21,672 bases of DNA from Anaerohalosphaeraceae bacterium (lineage in GTDB: Bacteria > Planctomycetota > Phycisphaerae > Sedimentisphaerales > Anaerohalosphaeraceae): assembly GCA_050309605.1 (NCBI GenBank), contig JBNRMN010000059.1, forward strand, positions 1-21,672, written 5' to 3'. This document shows positions 1-7,712 of this stretch, in pieces. A program made the position numbers and the translations under genes. Under the pieces are notes generated by a model. The model did no database searches. It had not been told where the DNA came from and worked only from the letters and a program-made list of their open reading frames with translations. Position 1 is the stretch's first letter, and each line of letters begins with the position of its first letter.

Positions 1-1
1 G

Positions 2-211
2 AAGGCCTGGCCGTCAGGCTCTATCCGAGGCCTGCGCGCTCCCGGCGGCTTTGAAGTCGATATCGAGTGGCACGACGGCGAACTGACTGTCGCCCGCATT
101 ACCAGCGTCGGCGGCACAACCTGCAAGGTCCGCTACGGAACTGAAATATGCGAAGTGACTCTGCAAAAAGGACAATCCCGACGTCTGACGCCGAGCGATT
201 TGGGGCGTTGA
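2..211 (+). CDS. C-terminal end of a GH95 alpha-L-fucosidase-like glycoside hydrolase (truncated by window start; not in ORF track)
   Basis: Manual translation of frame 2: KAWPSGSIRGLRAPGGFEVDIEWHDGELTVARITSVGG...DLGR*, matching the typical GH95 C-terminal 'AWPxGSxxGLRARGGFEVDxxW' motif; TGA at 209-211. Confidence 0.8.
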   Translation, partial: KAWPSGSIRGLRAPGGFEVDIEWHDGELTVARITSVGGTTCKVRYGTEICEVTLQKGQSRRLTPSDLGR

Positions 212-235
212 CGGGGTATGGACAATCAAAAGCGG

Positions 236-619
236 TCATGAGTCGCTTGTCAGGGACCAGCCGTCCGGCTCATCGGTTTGGCGAAGTAAAAAGCGGCCCT
301 TCAAATGAATGCCGTCGAAACGGACGGCCAGCAAAGTCGGAGTCTGTTCGATGATTTCAAACCGGCCGTGTTCTGCGATTTGGACGCGGCCGGTTTTGTT
401 TTGCACCGGTCCTTCATACGTCAAAAAACGAAGCGGATGGTCTTGGATTCGCTTCAGTGGCAGGGGATTGCTTCCGACGGCATCAGGCGGCTGATTCATT
501 CGCCAAGTCCACAGAGTGCGGTCTATCTGGAGCATCAAGTCCCAATGGATACCGTCAGGGGTTTGGTGTTCCTGAATCACAAACGACGACAACGGATTGT
601 GATCGATTTGAAGTCTCAA
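236..619 (-). CDS. Stand-alone LigD 3'-phosphoesterase-like (DNA polymerase/ligase N-terminal) domain protein
   Basis: Motifs FVIQEH...HWDLML, DHPLRFLTYEG and G...HGRFE...FDGIHLKGRFLL resemble the LigD PE domain. TTG start is uncertain. Confidence 0.7.
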   Translation of the reverse strand: MRLQIDHNPLSSFVIQEHQTPDGIHWDLMLQIDRTLWTWRMNQPPDAVGSNPLPLKRIQDHPLRFLTYEGPVQNKTGRVQIAEHGRFEIIEQTPTLLAVRFDGIHLKGRFLLRQTDEPDGWSLTSDS

Positions 620-692
620 TGGTACTGATCGATACCGCCCTTATGTTTCGTTTTTGGTCATGAGACCAAGCCAGGTTTTTTGACTTCTGACT

Positions 693-1685
693 TTACCCAT
701 TTGCCTGGATCGCGGTGATGGCGACCGTGGCGACGATGTCGTAGGCACTGCACCCGCGAGACAGATCATTGACCGGTTTGGCCAGTCCCTGTACGATAGG
801 CCCGTACGCATCGGCTCCGGCCAGCCGCTGGGTGGATTTATAGCACAGATTGCCCGCACCCAGATCGGGGAAAATGAAGATATTGGCGTTTCCCTTGAGC
901 GGACTGTCAGGCGCTTTCTTTGCGGCAACAGAAGGCACGTATGCGGCGTCAAATTGCAGCTCACCGTCGAGAATCACCTTGTCGCCGAAAATACTGCTGA
1001 CGGCTTCTTTGGCTTTTTCCGAGGCAATGGCCATTTTGACGGCGTTCGGCCCGGTGGCCGAGCCTTTGGTCGAATAGCTCAGCATCGCCACGCGCGCTTC
1101 AAGACCGAACTGAAGAGCGGTTCGCGCGGTCGAAACGGCAATATCGACGAGCTGCCGTTCGTTCGGATCCTCAATCAGGCCGCAGTCGGCAAACAGCAGG
1201 ACGTTGTCCGGCCAGCACATAAAGAACATACTCGATACCGAACTGATGCCCGCGGCCGGTTTAATGATCTGAAGGGCCGGACGCAGCGTATCGCCGGTGG
1301 AGTGCGAAGCTCCCGCCACCAGGCCGTCAGCACGGCCGGTTTTGACCATCATAGTGGCGAAACAGATTTCTTCCTGAACGGCGGAACGGGCCTGTTCGAG
1401 TGTGACGCCTTTGTGTTTGCGCAACTCGTAAAAGGTATGAGCATATTCATCCAAATGGGGGTCGATTTTCGGGTCAATCAGTTTGATTTTTGAGACATCG
1501 GCACCGCAGTTGCGCAATTTTTTTTCAAGCGTCGGGATATCCCCCAGAATAACCGGATGGGCACATTGCCGTTGGAGAACTTCAGCCGCGGCGGGGGGAA
1601 TGCGTTCGTCATTGCCTTCCGGCAAAACGATAGTCTTTGTCGATTGAGATGCACGATGAATAATGTCATCAAAAAACGAAGCCAT
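693..1685 (-). CDS. pta: Phosphate acetyltransferase
   Basis: IVLPEG, ADGLVAGA, FADC, AMLSYSTKGS, DGELQFDAA, FIFPDLGAGN, GPIVQGLAKPVNDLSRGC are diagnostic. ATG 1685 chosen over the TTG at 1703. Confidence 0.96.
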   Translation of the reverse strand: MASFFDDIIHRASQSTKTIVLPEGNDERIPPAAAEVLQRQCAHPVILGDIPTLEKKLRNCGADVSKIKLIDPKIDPHLDEYAHTFYELRKHKGVTLEQARSAVQEEICFATMMVKTGRADGLVAGASHSTGDTLRPALQIIKPAAGISSVSSMFFMCWPDNVLLFADCGLIEDPNERQLVDIAVSTARTALQFGLEARVAMLSYSTKGSATGPNAVKMAIASEKAKEAVSSIFGDKVILDGELQFDAAYVPSVAAKKAPDSPLKGNANIFIFPDLGAGNLCYKSTQRLAGADAYGPIVQGLAKPVNDLSRGCSAYDIVATVAITAIQANG

Positions 1686-1729
1686 AACCCTATGCACTTT
1701 CAAGATAGTGGAGTTAATAAATACAAAAA

Positions 1730-1803
1730 CGCGCCCGAAGGGACTCGAACCCCTAACCTTTGGTTCCGTAGACCAATGCTCTATCCAATTGAGCTACAGG
1801 CGC
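1730..1803 (-). tRNA. tRNA-Arg(ACG), CCA not encoded
   Basis: Reverse complement GCGCCTGTAGCTCAATTGGATAGAGCATTGGTCTACGGAACCAAAGGTTAGGGGTTCGAGTCCCTTCGGGCGCG folds as a cloverleaf; anticodon arm TTGGT-CT-ACG-GA-ACCAA; GTTCGA T-loop. Confidence 0.97.
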
Positions 1804-1826
1804 AAACCGTCATAAGCGTTGGATGT

Positions 1827-1854
1827 ATAATACAATATCTTAATGCGATGTCAA
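1827..1854 (-). promoter_or_regulatory. Sigma70-type promoter for tRNA-Arg (and possibly pta)
   Basis: Minus strand TTGACA-N16-TATTAT, about 23 nt upstream of the tRNA 5' end. Confidence 0.6.
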
Positions 1855-2014
1855 CAAATTTCCGCTTACTTTACACAAAACCAAACGGGATTGCAAGACG
1901 TTTAGCGATAAAATTCCAACGCCTATTTCATTTTTGCGCTGCCGTGCTTCAATCCTGTATCACCATGTGCATTGGCTATGCCTTGGCCCAAAGAAAGCTC
2001 CCATTGCCTCGATG

Positions 2015-5000
2015 CTACTCAACCGCAACCGTTGTTCCTTTGACCTTCAGTGCAATCACCGTGTTGACCGGGTCGAGCGGTTCTGTCGGAACTTGAATGA
2101 TGACGTCATTGCCTCGGCGGGAAGCGGCCAGAGGCTGTCGGGTTGTCAACGGCACTGCTTCAAGGATCTCATTTTTCAGGCCGGGAACGATCAGCCTGCC
2201 GTCATCGGGCCAATCAAAGATGTGCAGATACAGCAGCGTATTGTGTCCGTCGGGCTTTTGGGTGCAGCGTCCCCATTCCAGAGCCGCAAACGGGCTGGCC
2301 GTCGTGCCGTAAATCGACTCGCTGTTGACCCGCATCCATCGGCCGATTGCACGCATGCTTTCAACGCTTTCGACAGGCACCGAGCCGTCGGCCTTCGGCC
2401 CGATGTTCAGCAGATAATTGCCGCCTTTGCTGGCGATGTCCGCCAGGTTGCGAATCAGCGTCTCGGCGGATTTCCAGGCGTGGTCGTGCTCACTGTAACC
2501 CCACGTGGTGTTCATCGTCATACAGGTTTCCCAGTCCAGGCCGGGCACGCCGGTGGGCGGTATGTGCTGCTCCGGCGTGATAAAATCGGCATATAAAGGA
2601 TCCAACTGCATGGCAAAGCCGCCGGTGCCCATGCTCAGCCAGCCGGCCTGCGGAATCCGAAAGAGACGGTTGTTCATAATGATATGCGGCTGCTTGATAC
2701 GCACCGCATCCAACAGATCAAACGCCCGCCAGGCTGTCTGCCCGTAAAAATCCAGAGCGCTGTAGTCCCACCACATAATATCAATCGGCCCGTAATTGGA
2801 GACCAATTCATCCACCTGAGCGTGCAGATAATCCAGATATTTGTCATGGTTGCGAGGTTGCTTCGGCGGTGTTCCTCGGGAGGGATGCGGCAGCATCTCG
2901 GAGCGCGTATAGTCGTACTCCGGATGGTGCCAGTCGATCACGGAATGGTAGAATCCGACGCGCAGACCCGCATAACGTGCCGCGTCCACGATTTCCCGTA
3001 CCAGGTCGCGTCCGAGCACAGCTCCGGCGTTATACTCGCCCACCTTGGAGTCGTGCAGGGCAAAGCCGTCGTGATGTTTGGTAGTAAACACGATATAGCG
3101 GCAGCCGGCGGCTCTGGCCAGTTCGGCCCATTCGGTCGCAAAGTCCGGCGAGGGTTTGAACAGCGGAATGGCTCGCTCGGCGTAGGTGTTAGTATCCGCT
3201 CGGACGCGATTTTGTATCCATTCCATCCCGCCGCGTGTGGCAACGGGCTTTCCGTCCCATGTCCCGGCCAGGCCGGAATACAATCCCCAATGGACAAACA
3301 TTCCGAACCGCGCCTCGCGCCACCACTGCATCCGCCGATCCCGCTGCTCAATCGCCCAGACTGCGGCTTTCGGAACCGGCTTGAGCGTAATTGAACGCAC
3401 ATTGATCGGATTCCAGGCGTCGCGGACGGGCCGGATTTGCAGGGCATACTCCCCCGGCTGGTCAAGGGTGACAATCGCGAGCCGGTTTTCCTGAAACGTC
3501 GCATAATCGCCCGTCGGCGGGAAAGAGACGGGACGAACGATCTCGCCGATGCGTATCTCCGCTCGACTGTCCGCAGCAGGGTTGGCCGCATCGATATGAA
3601 TAGCAAAGGAACCCGGTTTGTCAATCGTAAACTGCCACTCGACCCAGCTTTGCGGGTCGGTCCAGAAGCCGATATTCGGGAGATTGTTTTTCATTTCAAC
3701 TTGCGTATTGCTTCCGAGCCGATTGTGAATGTCGGCCATTTCCGCCGTCAGATGCAGTGTGCCGTCCGGCGTTTGTTTCGGCAGTATTTTTTCAATTGTC
3801 AGCGTCCCTTTCACCTCAAGGGCAATCACCGAGGCAATCGGATCCGGCGCAGTCGTCGGTAACGACAAGACCACGCCGTCGGCCGCAGATTGCGTTTTGA
3901 TCGGTTGTCCAGTGGCCAACAGACGAGCGGAGTTGACCTCGTTTTTCAGCCCCGGTACAAGCAATCGGCCGTCATCGGGCCAGTCAAACACGTGCAGGTA
4001 CAGCGTCGCGCCGTCATCGCGGACCTTCTTGGTGCAGCGTCCCCACAAGAGTTTGGCAAACGGATTGGCTGTTGTGCCGTAAATCGCCTCGCCGTTGACC
4101 CGCATCCATTGCCCGATTGCCTTGAGCCGTTCAATGCTCGGCTGCGGAATCTCACCTTCGGCGGTCGGGCCGACGTTGAGCAGATAATTGCCGCCTTTGC
4201 TGGCGATATCGATCAGGTTGCGAATCAACACGGCCGTGGATTTCCAGTTATGGTCGTAACTCTTGAATCCCCAGGTGTCGTTCATTGTCATACAGGTTTC
4301 CCAGTCCCGGTCGCCGTAGCCGGTGGCGGGGATATGCTGTTCGGGTGTTTCGGTATCGCCGCGATAGCCGCCGCCGAGCCGATTGTTGGTAATAATCCTC
4401 GGAAACTGCGAAACGACCGGCTCAAACAGTGCCGCCCGCTGCGGCGTCATGTTGGTGGGTGTGTCCCACCACAAGACGGCAATGTCGCCGTAATGGGTCA
4501 GAATTTCTTTAACCTGCGGTACGGCGATGGTGCGCAGGTACTCGTCCATATCGCCGTCCTGGGCCGGGTCCCACAGGCGATTGCCGGCCTTGGCGCCGCC
4601 CGGATGGCACCAGTCCTGCGCCTGCGAATAATAAAAACCCAGCTTCAGCCCGTGTCGGCGGCAGGCCTCGGCCAGCGGCTTGAGCAGGTCCTTGCCGTAG
4701 GGCGTCGCATCCACCACGTCCCAATCGGTAACCTTCGAGTCAAACAGGGCAAATCCGTCGTGGTGCTTTGAAGTAATGACAATATATTTCATCCCCGCTT
4801 CTTTGGCCAGCCTCACCCAGGCGTCCGGATCATATTTGACGGGGTTGAACTGCCTGGCGAACGCCTTATATTCGCTGACGGGAATTTCGGCACGAAGCAT
4901 AATCCATTCGCCGATGCCGCCGATCTGTCGGTCTTGATATATTCCGGCCGGCACGGCGTACACGCCCCAGTGAATGAACATCCCGAACCGCGCGTCGCGC

Positions 5001-5176
5001 CACCATTGCATCCGCTCATCACGCTGCTGCCGGCTCTCCTCGGCATACGGCCAGACGGGTGCCGTTTGAGCGGCAGCGAATTCCCGCCCCAGGCCGAAAA
5101 CCAGGGCAACGGCGGAAAATAAAAACATACGAAAAACAGAGGAGAATGTGCTGAATTGGGGTTGTGCCGGTGTCAT
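2015..5176 (-). CDS. Secreted alpha-L-fucosidase with two tandem GH29 catalytic modules separated by a CBM-like beta-sandwich
   Basis: N-terminal signal peptide. Two copies of WWxxARFGMFxHWG, TxKHHDGFAL, WWD (nucleophile), NNRL, TPEQHIP, WETCMTMN and SKGGNYLLNxGP. Intervening ~130 aa (NIGFW...WVEWQFTIDKPG...TGDYATF) resembles a carbohydrate-binding module. Confidence 0.95.
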   Translation of the reverse strand: MTPAQPQFSTFSSVFRMFLFSAVALVFGLGREFAAAQTAPVWPYAEESRQQRDERMQWWRDARFGMFIHWGVYAVPAGIYQDRQIGGIGEWIMLRAEIPVSEYKAFARQFNPVKYDPDAWVRLAKEAGMKYIVITSKHHDGFALFDSKVTDWDVVDATPYGKDLLKPLAEACRRHGLKLGFYYSQAQDWCHPGGAKAGNRLWDPAQDGDMDEYLRTIAVPQVKEILTHYGDIAVLWWDTPTNMTPQRAALFEPVVSQFPRIITNNRLGGGYRGDTETPEQHIPATGYGDRDWETCMTMNDTWGFKSYDHNWKSTAVLIRNLIDIASKGGNYLLNVGPTAEGEIPQPSIERLKAIGQWMRVNGEAIYGTTANPFAKLLWGRCTKKVRDDGATLYLHVFDWPDDGRLLVPGLKNEVNSARLLATGQPIKTQSAADGVVLSLPTTAPDPIASVIALEVKGTLTIEKILPKQTPDGTLHLTAEMADIHNRLGSNTQVEMKNNLPNIGFWTDPQSWVEWQFTIDKPGSFAIHIDAANPAADSRAEIRIGEIVRPVSFPPTGDYATFQENRLAIVTLDQPGEYALQIRPVRDAWNPINVRSITLKPVPKAAVWAIEQRDRRMQWWREARFGMFVHWGLYSGLAGTWDGKPVATRGGMEWIQNRVRADTNTYAERAIPLFKPSPDFATEWAELARAAGCRYIVFTTKHHDGFALHDSKVGEYNAGAVLGRDLVREIVDAARYAGLRVGFYHSVIDWHHPEYDYTRSEMLPHPSRGTPPKQPRNHDKYLDYLHAQVDELVSNYGPIDIMWWDYSALDFYGQTAWRAFDLLDAVRIKQPHIIMNNRLFRIPQAGWLSMGTGGFAMQLDPLYADFITPEQHIPPTGVPGLDWETCMTMNTTWGYSEHDHAWKSAETLIRNLADIASKGGNYLLNIGPKADGSVPVESVESMRAIGRWMRVNSESIYGTTASPFAALEWGRCTQKPDGHNTLLYLHIFDWPDDGRLIVPGLKNEILEAVPLTTRQPLAASRRGNDVIIQVPTEPLDPVNTVIALKVKGTTVAVE

Positions 5177-5434
5177 TGGGGTTCCTTTCTCTGGTTCCTG
5201 TGCTGCCAGTTATTAACCGTAACAATGTGCCCCAATGTTAGGCAAAATGACAGAGGGCCGCAATAGACTTTTTTTTTGTTTTAATGGATATTTTACAGAT
5301 ATGGCTCGGGTTCCGCATCCGAAAACGCATCTCAGCAATAAAAAAGGGTATAAATTAAAAAGTTTTTCCAATATTTTCGCGTTGCGCTCCTATACTGATA
5401 ATAAGGCATTCTGCTTTGCCCTGCGAGATGAAAT

Positions 5435-5968
5435 ATGGACAGCGGTACACACAATTCGAGGACAGAACTTTTTGTTGAGCTTCTGACCGCCCATCAAGGG
5501 CGGATCAGGAAATTTATTCTTTCGCTGGTACCGAACTTTGCGGATGCGGACGACATTATGCAGGAGACAAGTCGGGCAATGTGGCTCCAGTTTGGCAGTT
5601 TTGTGGAGGGCACGGATTTCTTGGCCTGGTCGTTCAAAATCGCTCATTATCGCGTTCTTGAGTTTCGAAGAAGCAAAAAACGAGGGGTCTATTTTAGCTC
5701 TCTCTTACTTGAAAAAATTGCTGAGGACGCCTCGCTGCATCGCAATGAACAAAACAGGGTTATGCCTCATTTGTACCAGTGTATTAATAAGCTGGCCGCG
5801 GTTGATCAGAAGATATTGAGGCTCCGATATGAGGAAAATCTGAAGATCAAAGAGATTTCATCGCGGATCGGCAAGTCGTGCGATGCGCTGTACAAGCAGA
5901 TTTCTAAGATTCACGACTGGCTGTTAGTGTGTATTAAACGAAGTGTTTTTTCGGAGGAGACCCGGTGA
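5435..5968 (+). CDS. ECF sigma-70 factor (planctomycete/verrucomicrobial type)
   Basis: FVELLTAHQ...ADADDIMQET...F.EGTDFLAW..IA (region 2); LRLRYEENL...IS.RIGKS..ALYKQISKI (region 4). Confidence 0.93.
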   Translation: MDSGTHNSRTELFVELLTAHQGRIRKFILSLVPNFADADDIMQETSRAMWLQFGSFVEGTDFLAWSFKIAHYRVLEFRRSKKRGVYFSSLLLEKIAEDASLHRNEQNRVMPHLYQCINKLAAVDQKILRLRYEENLKIKEISSRIGKSCDALYKQISKIHDWLLVCIKRSVFSEETR

Positions 5969-7620
5969 TGATCGATTCCGAAAAAAGAAAGAAATGCCGG
6001 GACCTGCTGATTCTCTCGCTTGAGGGCGAATTGACGACGGAGCAAAACGCTTGCCTGAATGACCTCTTGGAAGATACGGCGTTGAGGCGGTATTATTTGG
6101 ATTTTATCGAGCTAATCCAATATCTTAAGGATATACATTGGCCGGAAGAAAACCTTGTTCCGGTACTGGATCAATCGTTGTGGCAACTGTTGGCCCAGGA
6201 TGAAAAAGAAGCCCAGCCCCTGGTTCTTCCCTCCGAGCAGCCTCCAATCGAACTGATCACGGATGTTCGGCAACGCAAGACACAGCTAAAAAGCCCTCAG
6301 CGAAAAATCCCCGCCAATTTCTGGCTGTCGCTGGGGTCTCTTGCCGCGGTGGTGATGCTGTTGTCGTATATTGCGCATCGACCCCATGTGCCTGCGCAGC
6401 CGGTTGCTGTTCTGGAAGATTCGCTTGAGGCGCGGTGGGAAACACCGCTCGACTCGGATGCTCGGTTCTATGCTGCGTCTTCTTCTTCTTATACCCTACT
6501 GAAAGGCTATGCCAAAATCAGATTCGATACCGGGGCCATGATCCATCTTGAATCGCCGGCAAAATTTGTGCTTGATTCAGCCGATCACATGCGGCTTCAT
6601 TACGGCAGTCTGGTCGCCTTTATTCCCGATGCCTCAAGCGGTTTTGTCGTGGACACGCCCACGTGTCGAATTGTTGACTTGGGGACCGAGTTCGGTGTAG
6701 GCATAACGGACAGGGGCGAGACCGAAGTTCAGATGTTCAGCGGTAAAGCGTCGCTGACGTCGGCTGTCCGGGGGCACGGGCGGGAAACTCAGTTGCTTAC
6801 GGAAGGACAAGCCCGGATGGTGGATACGGCCGGACGGGTTTCAATTGTGCCATTTGCTCCCAACGCCTTTGTTCGAGGCATCAATTCACAGATGCAGATC
6901 GTCTGGAGAGGGCAGATGGAATTGGATCTTGCCGATATGGTCGGCGGCGGCAACGGATTGGGAACCGGAACACCCGGAGCCGGAATCGATCCGGCCACCG
7001 GCACTATGCGGAACCTGTTCGATCAGTCCGCCATTCTGACTCGCCCGGCGTCGCATCGTTTTGCTGTGACGCCGGAATTTGACTTTGTGGATTCTGTTTT
7101 TATCCCCGGCTTTGATCAAGGCCCTTCGCTGATCGCTTCCACTGGCTTGACGTGCGATGAAATCCCCCTCACGTCCGCCCAGTATTGGGGATATCCTTTC
7201 AATGGCGCCTGGCACGAAGGGGCGGGTGTCCCGCGACATACGCTCATATTGGACGGGGTGAGGCTGGATCAAAACGACGTGCGGGCACTGACTCTGCACC
7301 CCAATATGGGGCTGACGTTTGATTTACAGCGGATACGGCGGTCGCTGCCCGGGCCGCGACCGGTTCGGCTGCGCGCTCGAGTCGGTTTGTCTGAGACCAT
7401 TGCTCATTTTGTAGATGCCGACCCGGAATCAGAGGTTTGGGTGTTGCTGGACGGTCGGGTTCGGCTCCGTCAACGGATACGGTTAAGGGAGGGGGGATTT
7501 GACATCAATGTTCCGCTGCGTCCGGCCGATCAGTTTCTTTCACTGGCCGTAACCGATGCGAATCAGGATGTGGCCTATAAGTGGGTTGTGTTTGTGAACC
7601 CCGTTATCGAACTGGAATAA
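5965..7620 (+). CDS. FecR-like anti-sigma factor with C-terminal NPCBM/NEW2-like sugar-binding domain
   Basis: Start overlaps sigma stop (GTGATG). N-terminal helical domain, one TM segment (FWLSLGSLAAVVMLLSYIA), FecR motif GFVVDTP...VDLGTEFGV...G, C-terminal VLLDGRVR...FLSLAVTDA...WVVFVNPVIELE. Confidence 0.85.
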   Translation: MMIDSEKRKKCRDLLILSLEGELTTEQNACLNDLLEDTALRRYYLDFIELIQYLKDIHWPEENLVPVLDQSLWQLLAQDEKEAQPLVLPSEQPPIELITDVRQRKTQLKSPQRKIPANFWLSLGSLAAVVMLLSYIAHRPHVPAQPVAVLEDSLEARWETPLDSDARFYAASSSSYTLLKGYAKIRFDTGAMIHLESPAKFVLDSADHMRLHYGSLVAFIPDASSGFVVDTPTCRIVDLGTEFGVGITDRGETEVQMFSGKASLTSAVRGHGRETQLLTEGQARMVDTAGRVSIVPFAPNAFVRGINSQMQIVWRGQMELDLADMVGGGNGLGTGTPGAGIDPATGTMRNLFDQSAILTRPASHRFAVTPEFDFVDSVFIPGFDQGPSLIASTGLTCDEIPLTSAQYWGYPFNGAWHEGAGVPRHTLILDGVRLDQNDVRALTLHPNMGLTFDLQRIRRSLPGPRPVRLRARVGLSETIAHFVDADPESEVWVLLDGRVRLRQRIRLREGGFDINVPLRPADQFLSLAVTDANQDVAYKWVVFVNPVIELE

Positions 7621-7712
7621 CGGTTTTAGACGTAAGTGCTTAATGAAATCCGTTCCGCGGTCGCCGCAGCGGCGGGACGAGAAACGGGATGCGGCAATTT
7701 GGGAGATGTATC

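Noticed and set aside
509..517. Single CACAGAG matches here and inside gatA near 16640
   Set aside because: Isolated 7-mers inside coding sequence without 9-nt periodic partners; expected by chance.
1730..1803. Prophage or island attachment site at tRNA-Arg
   Set aside because: No integrase and no duplicate of the tRNA 3' end noticed in the window.
1557..2096. 179-aa ORF spanning the tRNA
   Set aside because: Antisense to pta, tRNA-Arg and GH29; contains a reverse-translated tRNA; spurious.
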